Of a DNA stretch of 64,000 nt, positions 40,130 to 52,039 are shown piece by piece. The stretch is from Selaginella moellendorffii (Eukaryota; Plantae; Lycopodiophyta): contig NW_003314275.1 in assembly GCF_000143415.4 (NCBI RefSeq), forward strand, positions 186,001 through 250,000. The letters are read 5' to 3'. The notes under the pieces were generated by a model. That model was not told where the DNA came from, did not search any database, and saw nothing but the letters and a program-made list of their open reading frames with translations. Position numbers and translations under genes: made by a program. Every line of letters begins with the position of its first letter. Positions within the stretch are counted from its first letter, which is position 1.

Positions 40130-40575
40130 GATGGCATGTATTTATTTAAAAATGTAACTTATTATGGCATGGGGTTCCATGCCATTGTATTAATATTAAA
40201 AGACAATTCTTTGAGAGGATTTGCATTATACTAGAAGTGTTACAACATGTTATTGGAAGTTTACGAAGTTGTTTTATTAATAAGGGGAAAGTAAAGATTG
40301 AATGGGGACTTGGGCTCCACCTAGACTCGGAGCAACTGAGCCAATATTAAAAGGATGGAAAGAAATTGGACGACGATGACAAGGAGAAGAGAGAGGTGAA
40401 GCAGTGGCAGGGGGAGGAGAAGTGATTGAGTAGACATTTCCTTGTTTAAAATAAAATGGCATGTGCCTCAATGCAGTTGAATTTTGTTATATTTATATAC
40501 TATATAAGGGTTTGGAAACCTTATTTTACAAGTGGGATAATGACAATTCCCACTTTAACGAAATAGAGCTTTATA

Positions 40576-41712
40576 GAGCAATCTTCAAAAGCACTGGCAT
40601 TCGAGGAAGGAAGATACATGGGAATAGGGCTTTCTATTAAGATGTTACATGATAGGATGAAGAGAAAATTAACACCACCCACCCGAACAATGGCAATTGT
40701 AGTTGAGGAAGTGTTCCGTGGCACATTTATGGAGTACACTCCCCGAGCTTCTATTAGTGATATGAAGACTGTCCGCTCAAAGCGTCATTTTTCCTGTGCT
40801 AGGGAAGATGTTGGTACGGACCTTGGAGCGAAAAGCTCTCATAGGCCTGATGTCAAGTACCATTCTACTCCAAGACACCGCTCTCGGACTGAGCCACCTC
40901 AAGTGGCTGATGAAAAAAGTGCATCGCAACAGGTTGAAATTGCTTACCATAGCGTGGAGCCGAAGCAATAGGCAATCTGACACGTGCCAGCAAAATCGAA
41001 TGTAAGGTGTGTGGGGATGCTTCCAAGGGGCAAGTGTTGGGCTTGGATTCGTGGTGATAAATCTGCTTCTGTTCCAGCCCCATATTTCTATAGGGAACGA
41101 AAGCAAGTAGGATTTTCGAGATGGTGCTGGCTATATTGTTGCAACACCGACGCCAACCATACGAAGCGGCTTGAAGACACTATAGTGACTAAACCTGATG
41201 CAGTACCTAAAGAATGTCTGGTTGCTAATAGGGTCGCACTCACCTCAGATGAGATTGAAAACCTTGAGAAATCTAGTTTCAATCTTGAGAGGAGAGTTGG
41301 AGATATGAGTGACAAAACCAGGACTATTCCTATAGAGATGCACAGGAGGCCAGCATGAAAAGGTAAGGCAGTTAAATCTATTAGTACCGTCTCCAAGCAG
41401 AAGCAAGGTAAAATAAATTTAGCTCAAACACTTGAGTGTGAGATTCTCTCTACGAAGTATATCATTACGCTTGCAAAGGAGTATATAGTCAAAACAGAAG
41501 GTGGAGAGTACACAATTGCCATTCACGACTTTCCTTTTTGCACATGTCTAGACTTTACGAAGCGCGAGGAACATAGGAAGGCATATGCTCCTTGCAAGCA
41601 TATATACTACATCTTCATCAACATCTTACATCAGGATCCTAAAGTGGATATTCATATACACCAAGCAAGCTTTACTATTGCTGAGTTGCAAAAAACTTTT
41701 GGAGCTAACTAG
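40576..41712 (+). pseudogene. MULE-like transposase, 3' part with SWIM zinc finger
   Basis: Continues the frame from 27946. FPFCTCLDF...APCKHIYYIF (CxC...CxH) at ~41530-41615. Confidence 0.8.
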
Positions 41713-41803
41713 ATTTCTTCAACACTATCGATGTTTATTCTCTATCAATAAAACTTATTATACTTTATATAATTAATAAAAATGTGCTTTTTCATTTCAC
41801 TTT

Positions 41804-42058
41804 TCATTTTATATACTTCTGAATGTTCTTGTCGCAATACTGCTCATAGTACTCGTGTGTCTCCATTTCTGTCTTTACCATCTCAAAAAAGATTTCATGG
41901 TAGTCTTTCAGGTGCATGATGTTGTAGTGTGTCGTGAGAACATATATACCATCATATTGATCATTGCCATTATTTCCACCAAACACTAGAAAACATATAG
42001 GGCATTTCTTGAAAGTGGCAGAATTGCACTCAATCAGTAAAAGAGCATTCTTTTTCAC
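41804..42058 (-). CDS. Small ORF convergent on the SWIM gene, possible cargo exon
   Basis: 84-aa ORF with CPIC; nothing recognised. Confidence 0.2.
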   Translation of the reverse strand: MKKNALLLIECNSATFKKCPICFLVFGGNNGNDQYDGIYVLTTHYNIMHLKDYHEIFFEMVKTEMETHEYYEQYCDKNIQKYIK

Positions 42059-42774
42059 TTAATTTGTTGCACCCTCTGTCATTGCATTTATCTCCAACTC
42101 ATGATCACTATCCTCACTATCCTCTCTTTCATTCTCTTGTGTGGTTTGGTTATGTTGTGCAATGGGATAGTTATTGCATCTCCTAGCCCTTGAACCCTAG
42201 GAAGAAAGATTGTGAGAAGTAAAATTACCAACACTAGAACCCATAGACATTTGTGTGTATTTCCCTTTTTTCAAATGAAAGTGTGAATGAAGATTTCTAA
42301 ATTTTAGATAGTATGCTATGACAAACCCCTCAAAAATGCATTCTAGAAAGAACCAAGTCCTTCTTTTATATGCAATAAGCTTACATCAACAGTTATTTTT
42401 TTTCCTTTCAAACGGTTATATGGCTTTACATAGAATCTTATTTTAAATTTAATAATTTTTTAATTCTAACAAACCTGACATTTACTAGCTAGAAAGCATA
42501 AAGTACAAATTTAAAGAAGTTACAAGAATACTCTTTTTGCAAACATTTTATTTTATATTCTAACAAATGTCCCTATCATTGCATGTAGTAAATATTTAAA
42601 TTATTAGAACAAGAAGTGTCCTTTAAAACATTTTTATCTATATAATATATAGAGAGTTATGAAATTATTAGGTTTGCCATAACCTTAAAATTTTAAAGTT
42701 TATAATACTAAATTACAATTGAAAATTGAGCTCAACTCGTGAACTCAACTCTTTAACTCGTGAGCTCAAGTATG

Positions 42775-45560
42775 GTCCACGCCCCATCCTTCAAGTGGCC
42801 TTTAGTCACAGCTTAGGACATCACCATCAGCGTTTGGAAAACCATCTAGCATGTCAAAGAACATGAAGTTTATGCTCTCAAGCGGTCGCTTATGGATCTT
42901 CTGACAAAAGCACTCCCACTTTTGCCGGATAGCCATATTCTCAGCATCCTCCTTAAAAGATGCCATCAATGAACTGTAGGAGCTAATAAAGATCCCAACT
43001 TCACCACGAAATGCCATTGGAGAAACAAGGCGAATCTAGGGGGAGAAGACAAAGGTCAAATGTGAATTTAAGAAAAATTTACATACCAGTCATATGGCAT
43101 AAAAAATTTAGAAAAATTTACATAACCGTCATGTGGCATGTGGTAGATGTAAGTTCCTCCAAATCCTCTTCTTAAACATCAAGACGAGTTGGAATGAAGT
43201 TACTCCTGACAATTTTTGCTACAACCATTTTGAGGAATTAAAAATAGGAGAGACTTAAGAGAAATATACCTCGAGAAGTTCCTCAGTTGTGGGCACGTCT
43301 TGAATGATCATCATCACTATTGATTGATTCCTCTAGATGTGGATTTGCACGCTTTTGTTGAGGTAGAACTTCTTATACATTCTGGTTCTCTTACTCCACT
43401 TCGTCCCGAGGAATTTTTTGCAAGTTGTTCTGACAACCATCTTCATTCTCCTTGCCATTGGCACCAACAGTGTCGACATTCTCATGGCCATCATCTTCAT
43501 CATCCGGCATGTCTTCATTATTGCCTCTTGTAGCCTCTCGGTAGGTTGGTGCATAATTTGGCATCTCTAATTCCCAAGGACAAGCTCACTTTATTGCTGT
43601 TAGAAATTTTGTTGTTGTCGGGTACATGCCTCCATCTCTTACACCATGCCTCAAGAGTCGTTTGCATACTAGTGTTTCAAGAGGAATGCCTCTATTTTGG
43701 AAATACCTATAATAGAATATAAACAAATTGAATATGGTTAAGAAACTGTATGTTACTTAAAAGCCGCTCACTGCATAAAGGTTGCCCAAGTTGTTTATCA
43801 AATGGAGTCTTGCTTATGGCCTTCTTTGGTAGCTATTCCTCTCCGAGTTTTGTAAGCTCAGTGGTGACAAAGTCCTTGAATGGAAGTTGTTTAGGATCAT
43901 CCCCTATGAAAGGTGTTAGAAACACCTCCCATTCATATATAATTTGTGAAATGTAGACAGTCCTCTTTATTATAGTCTCCATCATATTGTCCAAACCTTT
44001 TTCTCCATCTCTGAGTCTACTATTGAGGTCGTTCAGAATGTGTATTAGAATAGAGTCTTGCCCACTAAGAAATAACTTTTGTGAGTAACCTTCAAGTAAA
44101 CACAAACAATACTTACTTTCATGACAAGCAAACTCTGTTATAATATCAAACCACTCCTTTGGGCATCGAGGGTCAACCACACTGAGTAATTTCTTTACCT
44201 TTATTTTCTTTATGATGTTGATTTTCTTGTCAATTACAGCTAAATGCTCTGAGAGTTTTTGATCATTTTTAGCTCAATGCGACTATGCATATGCATCTTG
44301 CCTAACCTTCACCAATGGCTGAAGACATCACAAACATTCTATGACAAGAAGTATACTTGGAAGAACATACTTTACTCCACACGGCTATCATAAAAGCCAT
44401 TAGATTCTTGTACCATCTATTGGCAATTTGATGACCTCTTTAATGCCGAGTAAGTGATGCTAAATTATCACTATAGTGGCTGTAGACTTCATCCTCATCG
44501 AGATTGGCAAGAAATTGGATCTGCTCGATATCATGTACTAGGCTTTTCTTTTGCACTACAAACTATCCCAACCTGCAAAACACAAATTGTTAAAAGTGAT
44601 TGAAGATGGAACATTGGTGTGATAGACAAGATCGTCTCAGAAGTATTCATTGATGCACTTCATCCACATACACCAGCGATGATTCCTATCGATAATGTAG
44701 AACATTTTCCCCACAAATTGTTGAGTCTCAAGATGTCTCATAAGCATGTTATCAAATTTGCAGGACTTCATTTTCCAAATGTCATCCTAAACCCTCTCGA
44801 TTTCTAGTGACATCGAGAGGGCATTTGTCATTCCTGGCTTGAAAACCGAAATAAGCAATATACCTATGTTTGTCCCAAGGCCATTTTATTTGTATAGACT
44901 ATAGATATCCATGTTGACAAAGTGAGGTGAAGTAGACCAAATGATGCTTGTTTAAGTGAATTGACACAGTAGGATTTCTCGGATCATGTCTCCCAGGCCT
45001 TCCCACTTGAGAGACTCTAGAGTCATGTGAACGGCCTTCTCTTTGGTTCTCAAAACTGTCTTTTGGAAGTGCTTGTTTATGACGTGTTCAAGTAGCTCCA
45101 CTTCTCTTTTAGCTTCAGCTACACCTCCAATAGCACCATTATCAAATCTAGCCCCCAGCTCGGGCCCAACACCCCCGTCAGGCGCACTTGGGGACTGCTC
45201 TGTAATGCAGCTAGTTTTTGCCAAATTTTGCGAATATGTTAAGAGTAGTGGCATTTGTGGTTGTGGCAGCAATGGCAGTGATGGCAACAGTTGCAATGGC
45301 GCTACTAATGGTGAGGTAATGGCAATGATGGCAGTGGTGGTAATGGTGGTGAAGGTGGTGGTAATGGTGGTGAAAGTAGTGGTGGTAATGGCAGTCAAGG
45401 TGGTGGTGGCATTGATGGCGGTGGTGGCGAAAATGGGGGTGGATGTGGATTGGAGCTATCTGGTTGCGAAAATGGCAATGTAGACGGTAGAGTTGTTGCT
45501 ATGGAAATCTCTATCTGAAGGTCAAATTGATTGTCATCCTGGATCTCGTCTTCCTCATGT
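42775..45560 (-). pseudogene. Third ParB-MTase gene, diverged paralog of 20245-23714, heavily decayed and 3'-truncated
   Basis: KHFQKTVLRTKEKAVHMTLESLKWEG vs KRFQETIMRTREKVVHQTLEALKWPG. FYIIDRNHRW (IIDRNHR at 44676-44696). KRTVYISQIIYEWEVFLTPFIGDDP vs KRAVYITQTISECEKFLAPHIGDDP. INFMFFDMLDG vs ADFIFFDFPDG. Confidence 0.8.
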
Positions 45561-45682
45561 CTTGTTCTCTTTGATCCAACATCTTTATCCTTTTCTAGTT
45601 TATTTTGTTTTCATTTTTAAAAATAAGAAAAACTCATTATAAAATAAAAATGTATAAGAAGTAATTGCATGGTGGTCATCCA

Positions 45683-46310
45683 CTGGTACGCTAGCGTACC
45701 AACTGAGGGAGGCAACGCCCAAGCCCACTTGATGTCCGGGCTAACTCAGCCCACAGCCTAGCCGAGTGCCCCGGCCGGGCCACACGGCCCGGTTCGCCAG
45801 CGTACCAGTGCGGCCCACACCGAGTGCCTGGCCAAATTCCCAGCCGAGTGCTCGGGCCAGGCCACACATGCTATCCTGCCCCGCACAGGGCCACAGCCCG
45901 GCCGACTACCCGCGCTGGTATGCCGGTGAACCAGCATATGTGGCCAGGTCGGGCCACACGTGCCGGCCTGGCCCGCGCCTGGGCACTTGGCACGGGCCAA
46001 GCCACGCAGGCAGGTTCCCTGGTGTACTGCCTCCCCCCCCCCCCCGTGTGCCTGGCCTAGGCACTTGGCACAGACTAGGCCACATGGGTGGGTTTGCCAG
46101 CATACCAGCCCGCCCCACACTGCCATGGCTGGCTTGCACTGAGTGCCCGGCCAAGTGCCTGGCCTAAGCACTTGGCGCGGGCCAAGCCACGCGGACGGGT
46201 TTGCTGGTGTACCAGCCTGCCCCACACTACCATGGCCAGCCCCTGCTGAGTTCCTGGCTGAGTGCCTGGCCTAGGCACTTGGCGAGGCCTAGGCCATGCA
46301 GGCAGGTTGT
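45683..46310. repeat. GC-rich array with a ~20-bp palindromic core CTGGTWCGCYRGCGWACCAG at ~100-bp spacing
   Basis: Cores at about 45683, 45789, 45915, 46011, 46089 and 46196; several are degenerate. Confidence 0.75.
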
Positions 46311-46312
46311 AT

Positions 46313-49300
46313 GTATGTGTTGCACCTAAGACTTGGGATTTAAAGGGTCCCATGATCAAGTCTTGTGGTACCAAGGGATGTTAGGAACCTGGAGGCTTGG
46401 TGTGCTTAGCTGCTTGTGCCTGCGGGGAGTGTAGCTGAACCTTAAGTCCAGTCTAACCCAGGGAGGGGGATTGGGAGAGATTTAGAAATCCGTGGATGGA
46501 TGGCTAACGCTCCGTTGCTCGTGCAGTGAGTAGCTAAAACAAAGTAAGACCAAGTAGGAGCTGGTACCATAGGCGGGAACCTTGGCGAGGGAACTTAGCT
46601 AAAGCTAAGGCAGTGTTAGTCGGATAAACGAGGTAAGCTGGCAAATTGGAAAGGAAAAATTTGTGGCTTACAATTTGGTATTGGAGCCTTTTCCTCAGTT
46701 CTAGCGAAGGCAAAAGCGGGGCGTAATTTGGTATTGGAGCCTTTTCCTCAATTCTAGCGAAGGATAGAGGCGGATTGCTGAGAGATGGCAAAGGCGAGGC
46801 GTAAACGAACCAAGGCAAAGACGAAACCTCCACTAGAGTTGGAGCTCCCGGTTGAACAAGAGGCTATGGATGAGGAATCTTTGCATGAGGAGGACTCCAG
46901 TGAGAAAATTTCCAAACAGGAGTCCGATGATGAGGTTTGGTCGTCCAAGGCTCGATTGGATGTTCTAGAAGGACAATTGGCATAGACCAATGCCCTACTG
47001 GAGACTCTCATACGCAAGCTAAAGCATGACAAAAAGCGGAAAAAAAAGCGAAAGACTGCGGATGCTGGCAGCGCAGAAGGTGTGGACCCTTCGGTAGGGA
47101 CTGAGGTAAAACCAAATAAAGTCGAACAGACCGAAGTGGAATTAGTCCCTCAAGCAATTCCCAAGAACAAACCAAAGCCCCCACTGGTCTTCAAGGGAGT
47201 GACTGACTATAAGGTGGTGGAGGATTGGTTTTACGATATGGAGGACTACTTTCGAGCATTGTGGTTACCGAGCTTGGAAAAGGTCCCATGTGCAAAACCA
47301 TACTTGGCAAATAATGCCAAGTCTTGGTGGAGAACAATAGAGGCTAACAAAGGACTGGTAGCCACTTGGGAAATGATGAAGGCAAGGATCTGCGCGACAT
47401 ACGTTCCTTCGAATGCTACTCTGCACCTAAAGGATGAGCTGAGTAGGCTAAAGTAGACCAGAAGCATTCAAGAGTATGTGATACTAGTCATAGATATGGG
47501 TGATATGGATGCATTCCATGCCTTCATATCAGGCTTGCAAACCTGGGCTCGCGGTGAAGTGATACGTTAGAACCCGACCAACTACAAGGAAGCGTTGGAT
47601 GTGGCTATCAAAGTGCATTTCAACGATAATCTGTGAAAAGGGAACACGACAGGGTCGGGGTCCACGTTTAGCAAAGTGGCCAAACCAAGGGGAACATATA
47701 GCAAAGGGAAATTCAAGAAGACTTTCTCTAAGAATGAGTCCTCGGGGTTCCGGAAAGGCAGATTCGGTGGCTAGCGAGTGAGTATGTGGGGGAGTCAAGC
47801 AAAAAGAGACAAACTCATGGATTAGAAGGGCAAGTTGGCTAGCAACATGGGAAACAACATATGCTACAACTACAGTGAAGTGGGACACTTCTCTAGGGAA
47901 TGTCCTTACCCAAAGAAGGCTAAAGTTAATATGGCCATTAAGTCGAGTGAAATCCAAATTGAGGTACGTGATCCAGTCCCTAACTCAAAGTTACTCATTA
48001 CACGAGCAACTTTGGTAGAGAGTCGTTCGCGACATCTACTAGCCCTCCGAGCTTCCCTCAGAGGTAGCTTTGTTAAGATCGTTATTGATACGAGTGCTTC
48101 AGATAATTTTGTGGCTGCAGACATAGTCCGGCAAGCTGGACTAACGGTGCAGCAGCTAGGCGAACCAAGGACTATAAAGTTTGTTCAAAGTAGCTAAAGC
48201 ACCGATGAGGTACTTCGACAAGCGAGAGTCAAAGTAGGGACATGGAAAGTAGACATGGATTTCATTCTATTGGACATGGCAGGATTTGACGTAATCTTCG
48301 GGATGGATTGGTTCAATTGGTTTGACATGGACAAAGTAGGAACCTTGTGGTACTAGCGAATGCCCAAGGAAGAAGATCTAGCGTGGAGGCCCAGGATCTA
48401 AAGGTAGGACAATGCAAGGCTAAAGATTCCTGCCTAAACCTGGTGTCCACGAGAGGACAACTCACTTAAGAAACGAAGGCAGCATTTTTGTGCTTACTCT
48501 TAGTGAAGAGTGACGTATACCATGCAAGAGGAGCTACCGGCAGCGTTGCCCCCCGCATGACCAATAGAACATAAGATTGAGCTGGTTGAGGGTGCTGAGG
48601 TGGTGGTTCCCCCCCCCCCCCTCCCTCTAATCGTTTGAATGAATGAAAAAGAACTCAAGGAGCTCAAGCGCCAACTAGAGGAGTTGGTGGATAAAGGGTA
48701 TGTTAGGTTGAGCAAGTCACTGTATAGGGTGCCGGTGTTATTTGTGAAAAAGAAAGATGGATCTATAGACTACTGATTGCTCAACAAGTATACAAAGAAG
48801 AACAAGTACCCTTTCCCAAAGATTGAGGACCTGTTTGATAGGTTGGGAAAAGAAAAATACTTCTCGAGGATTGACCTAAGGTCAGGATACTACCAGATCA
48901 GGTAGCAGAGGAAGATGTTGAGTAGACAACCTGTCGAACAAGGTATGGGAACTTGAGTTTCTGGTGATGCCCTTTGGGCTATGCAATGTGCTGGCAATAT
49001 TTTCGGCATTGATGAACCACATCTTTGTACCCTATCTGGATCACTTTGTAGTCATCTATATTGATGACATCCTAATCTATAGCGAAACGCTAGAGGAGCA
49101 TGCCGAACACTTGACAAAGGTGTTTGAGAAACTAAGGGAACACTAGCTGTATGCTAAAGAGAGCAAATGTGACTTTGCTCAACAAGAGGTAAAGTTTCTT
49201 GGGCATATGGTAGGCAAGGACAGGCTCAAGGTGGACCCTGAGAAGGTCCAAGCGATCCAAGATTGGGAGTTACCATTGAATGTACACAAGTTAAGGGCAT

Positions 49301-51814
49301 TCTTGGGGCTATGCAACTACTACCGAAAGTTTATCAAAATCTATTCGAGAGTAGCTCTACCCTTAACGAACCAAATGGGAAAAGGGAAGATGGTATGGAC
49401 AGCGGAATGCGAAGCGGCATTTGTCCACCTCAAGGGGAAGTTGAGGAAGGCTCTTGTGTTGGCGTTACCAGACTTTGGTAAGGACTTTGAGGTAGAAACA
49501 GATGTTTCAGACTTTGCGTTGGGTGCAGTTTTGAAGCAAGACAACCATCCAGTAGTGTTCTTCTTAAAGAAGTTGGATAAGGCTCAATGGAAGTGGCCTA
49601 CCCACGAGAAGGAATTGTTTATAGTGGTCAAAGGGCTCAAGGAGTGGTGACACTACCTTGGGAGACACTTCAAGGTTTACACGGACAATGTGGCAACGAA
49701 ACACTTCTTGTCACAGCCCGACCTAAGAGGGAAACAGGGTCAGTGGGCCAATGCTATAGCTAAGTTTGATTGCAATATTCTGTACAAGCCTGGGAAGAGC
49801 AACATCATGGCGGATGCGCTAAGTCGAAAAGCGAGCTTGAAGTTGGTGATATCCAGCGTTACAGCAACCTTTTGGGATGATATGTGGACAGCATATCAAA
49901 ACGATGGTCTAGCACAAGAAGTGTTGTTGAGGAATCTAGAGGCACAAGAAGCTCACCAAAGAGGTGAACTGCCAACGGAAGAGAAAACGGGCTATGCGAA
50001 ACGCAATGGACTCATCTATTACAAGCAAACGAGGGTGTATGTTCCAGAAAGGGAACTAAGGAAGGTAGCCTTAGAAGAGTGTTATGACAGACCTCTTGCG
50101 GGACACGGTGGAGTGCCCAAAATGATGGGCTTACTCAAGAGGAAGTACCACTGGCCAGATATGGCTAAGGACGTCAAAGACTATGTAAAGACATGTCCAA
50201 CATGTCAGTAGGTCAAAGCCATGACTAAGGCTAATGGGGGCTTGTTACAAAACATCCCAATTCTAGATCATCTATGGAAATGTCTTACGATGGACTTTAT
50301 CATGGGACTCCCCCCAAGTGAAGGGTTTGATGCGATATTTGTGGTGGTGGACCGATTTTCAAAGATGGCACATTTCATACCCACCACAATGGAGGTGGAT
50401 GCAGAAGGTGTGGCAAAGTTGTTCTTTGAACAAGTGGTTAGAGTGTGGGTAAAGCCAGAGGAGATCATCTCAGATCGAGATAAGATCTTCACCAGCAGGT
50501 TCTGGAGAACTCTCCTGGAACAGTATTGCACCAAGTTGAAATTCAACATAGCTTATCACCCACAGACAGGTAATGGGGTATTAAGTCAAATTGGATGGCA
50601 CTAACACTTCTTGACAGATAGACAAACGGAAAGGGTGAATAGGCAGCTGGAGGATTATTTGCAATGCTATGTCTCTGGAAACCAAACTGATTGGGTAAGT
50701 CATTTGGGACTTGCGGAAATGTGCTATAACAACTCACCACACTCAAGTATCGGGGTGAGTCCATGGGAAGTCATCAATGGGTGAGTTATTGAAGGTCCTG
50801 TGGAAGTTAGCGTGGCCGAGTACCATGGAGAGTTACCCGCAGTGGAGGCATTCATGGCGGAAAGATTCAACATTTGGAATTTGGAATTTAGTGAGGGATT
50901 CCTTGGAACGGGCCCAACAAAGGCAAATCAAACATGCAAACCATAAGTGTCGGGACGTAGAGTTCCAACCTGGGGAGAAGGTGTGGCTGAACACCAAAAA
51001 CCTAAGGCTACCAAGTGGGATCAGCCAGAAGTTAACCCAAAGGTAAGATACATGTATTCTTGGAAATGAATTGATCTTGAGTTCCTTAAACTCAGGGGGT
51101 TCCAAAAGTATAGTAGGGATAATGAGGTCTAGGAACCAGTCTTGAAGGAACTCTTCAGTGGTGCTTCCAAACTAACTTGAGGTTGAGATTGGGGCTGAGG
51201 GGCCTTGGGTGGGAGTGAGCATGGACTCGGGTGGTGCCGGAGGGGCCACCCAAGGAAGTGCTCCAGAGCAGCTCCCACTCCCGAAAGGGAAACTAACTAT
51301 AGTGCTCCCAGCTCATGTGGAATGGTGCCCCACTTGAGTACCTTGCAGCTCGTTGGTCCTCGCCCTTCTTAGGGGCTTGGACCTTCTCTTCAGGATGGAA
51401 GTGGGGCAAGGTAGAGGTACCGGGCCATTAGGCTACGGTGTTTTGCCTCAGCATCCCAAAGTATGTGTTGCACCAAAGACTTGGGATTTAAAGGGTCCCA
51501 TAATCAAGTCTTGTAAGGGATGTTAGAAACCTGGATGTTTGGTGTGCTTGGCTGCTTGTGCTTGTGGGGAGTGTAGCCAAACCTTAAGTCCAGTTTAACC
51601 CAGGGAGGGGGATTGGGAGAAATTTGGGAATCCGTGGATGGATGGCTAACGCTCTGTTGCTTATGCAGTGAGTAGCTGAAACGAAGTAGAACCAAGTAGG
51701 AGCTGGTACCATAAGCGAGAACCTTGGTGAGGGAACTTAGCTAAAGCCAAGGCAATCTTGGTTGGATAGACAAGGTAAGCTGGCAAATTGGAAAGGAAAA
51801 ATTTGTGGCTTACA
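46313..51814 (+). mobile_element. Decayed Ty3/gypsy LTR retrotransposon
   Basis: Shared LTR segments 46313-46672 and 51461-51814, both ending ggcttaca. PBS TGGTATTGGAGC at 46676-46687. Domain order gag-PR-RT-RH-IN. Confidence 0.92.
46785..51046 (+). pseudogene. gag-pol with stops and frameshifts
   Basis: Gag (VEDWFYDMEDYF), degenerate zinc knuckle (CYNYSEVGHFSRECP), protease (VIDTSASDNFV), RT ([16 protein letters not shown]), RNase H (VETDVSDFALGAVL, ADALSR), integrase (TMDFIMGLP, VVVDRFSKMAHF, ISDRD). Confidence 0.92.
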
Positions 51815-52039
51815 TTTCCATTTTCTTGATACAAATAGTGATGATATTTGGGTTATAGCTTTGTGTTATTAGCATTGGTGTATTTGCTAGTTAGCAATTA
51901 TGTTGATATTTAAACTAATGAAACTCAATATCAATCTTTATTTACAATGACTATAAAAACCTTTAATATTAATCTTCAACACATATCCTCAATCGGTGTT
52001 AAACTCAATGGTCATAATCACTATCTTGTTTCCAATTTA

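Larger units (their letters stand above)
28173..40185. repeat. Dispersed 22-bp palindrome family in copy B
   Basis: Copies at about 28173, 28489, 28578, 29178, 29338, 29484, 30816, 30873, 32469, 32539, 32637, 33325, 34182, 35023, 35100, 35160, 36440, 37915, 38056, 39012, 39087 and 40164. Confidence 0.92.
27947..40571. mobile_element. Copy B, complete 12,625-bp Sola-like DNA transposon with 24-bp TIRs and TATA TSD
   Basis: TIR AAGCTCTATTTCGTTAAAGTGGGA (27947-27970) and its perfect reverse complement (40548-40571). TATA at 27943-27946 and 40572-40575. Removing the element restores the host frame SDLIRA-I-EQSSKALAF. Confidence 0.95.

Noticed and set aside
40576-41712. SWIM gene as cargo of the Sola-like element
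   Set aside because: It lies outside the TIR and TSD and continues the frame of the MULE-like gene at 27946.
45683-46312. GC-rich ORFs, or part of the gypsy 5' LTR
   Set aside because: The ORFs are repeat translations, and the sequence has no counterpart upstream of the 3' LTR segment at 51461.
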